Shown one piece after another: positions 63,701 through 64,000 of a stretch of DNA of 64,000 bases. Position numbers and translations under genes: made by a program. Each line of letters begins with the position of its first letter. Position 1 is the first letter of the stretch. The stretch is from Octopus vulgaris (lineage: Eukaryota), in NCBI GenBank assembly GCA_951406725.2, contig OX597815.1, forward strand, positions 24,242,001 to 24,306,000, read 5' to 3'. The notes under the pieces are model-generated. The model saw only the letters and a program-made list of their open reading frames with translations. It did no database searches and was not told the DNA's origin.

Positions 63701-64000
63701 GATTCTGGGGTATAATTTGCAGCTGGTTGGTTACAATTTCTGGCAGGATGTACAACCAATGCTTCTAGAAAATAGATATACATTTATGTGACTTAAGCAA
63801 ATAAAGTTGATTTAAGTTTTGCTTTTGGCTTAGGTTTAATTCTGTAAGTCTGTTTTATCTAAGTTAATAAAAGGAGTTTTGATATAAGCTTTGGGGCTTT
63901 TCTCATATATGTTAAGCACAATGCAGAACAGTAGATCTATTTATTCAGTCTTACAACAGTTTTTTTTATTTGACATTTTCAAGCTTCTAGCATGGAAGTA

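Larger units (their letters stand above)
24020..64000 (+). other. Intron of the myosin gene, at least 40 kb, running past the window end
   Basis: GTAAGT donor at 24020. The expected next exon (TYSGLFCVV.NPY) was not found in the ORF track or by reading. Confidence 0.7.

Overview
AT-rich, microsatellite- and transposon-dense eukaryotic DNA. The repeat content (tRNA-derived SINEs with CORE-like and Meta-like middles, (GAT)n-tailed RTE-related elements) looks like an octopus or other coleoid cephalopod genome; this is an inference from recalled repeat families. I can support only one host coding exon: the first coding exon of a non-muscle myosin II heavy chain (zipper/MYH9/MYH10 class) at 23660-24019 (+). 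It is preceded by a promoter-like, CpG-retaining region and followed by an intron of at least 40 kb in which I could not find the next exon. The rest is mobile DNA: two DD37D (maT) mariner-like copies, a decayed hAT transposase, TTAA MITEs, a non-autonomous Helitron, RTE, CR1-like and R4/Dong LINE fragments, several SINE families, and Penelope-like elements with hammerhead-like motifs. The most notable observations are: a Penelope element with inverted arms and a minimal hammerhead; a PHD-like finger inside an RTE ORF2; a modular repeat-spacer hairpin array in the RTE-linked tail family; a multi-template local insertion at about 63.3 kb; and a second CpG-retaining island inside the myosin intron. 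I found no clearly new gene system. Most ORFs in the track are microsatellite or SINE artefacts. Boundaries of old repeats are approximate.
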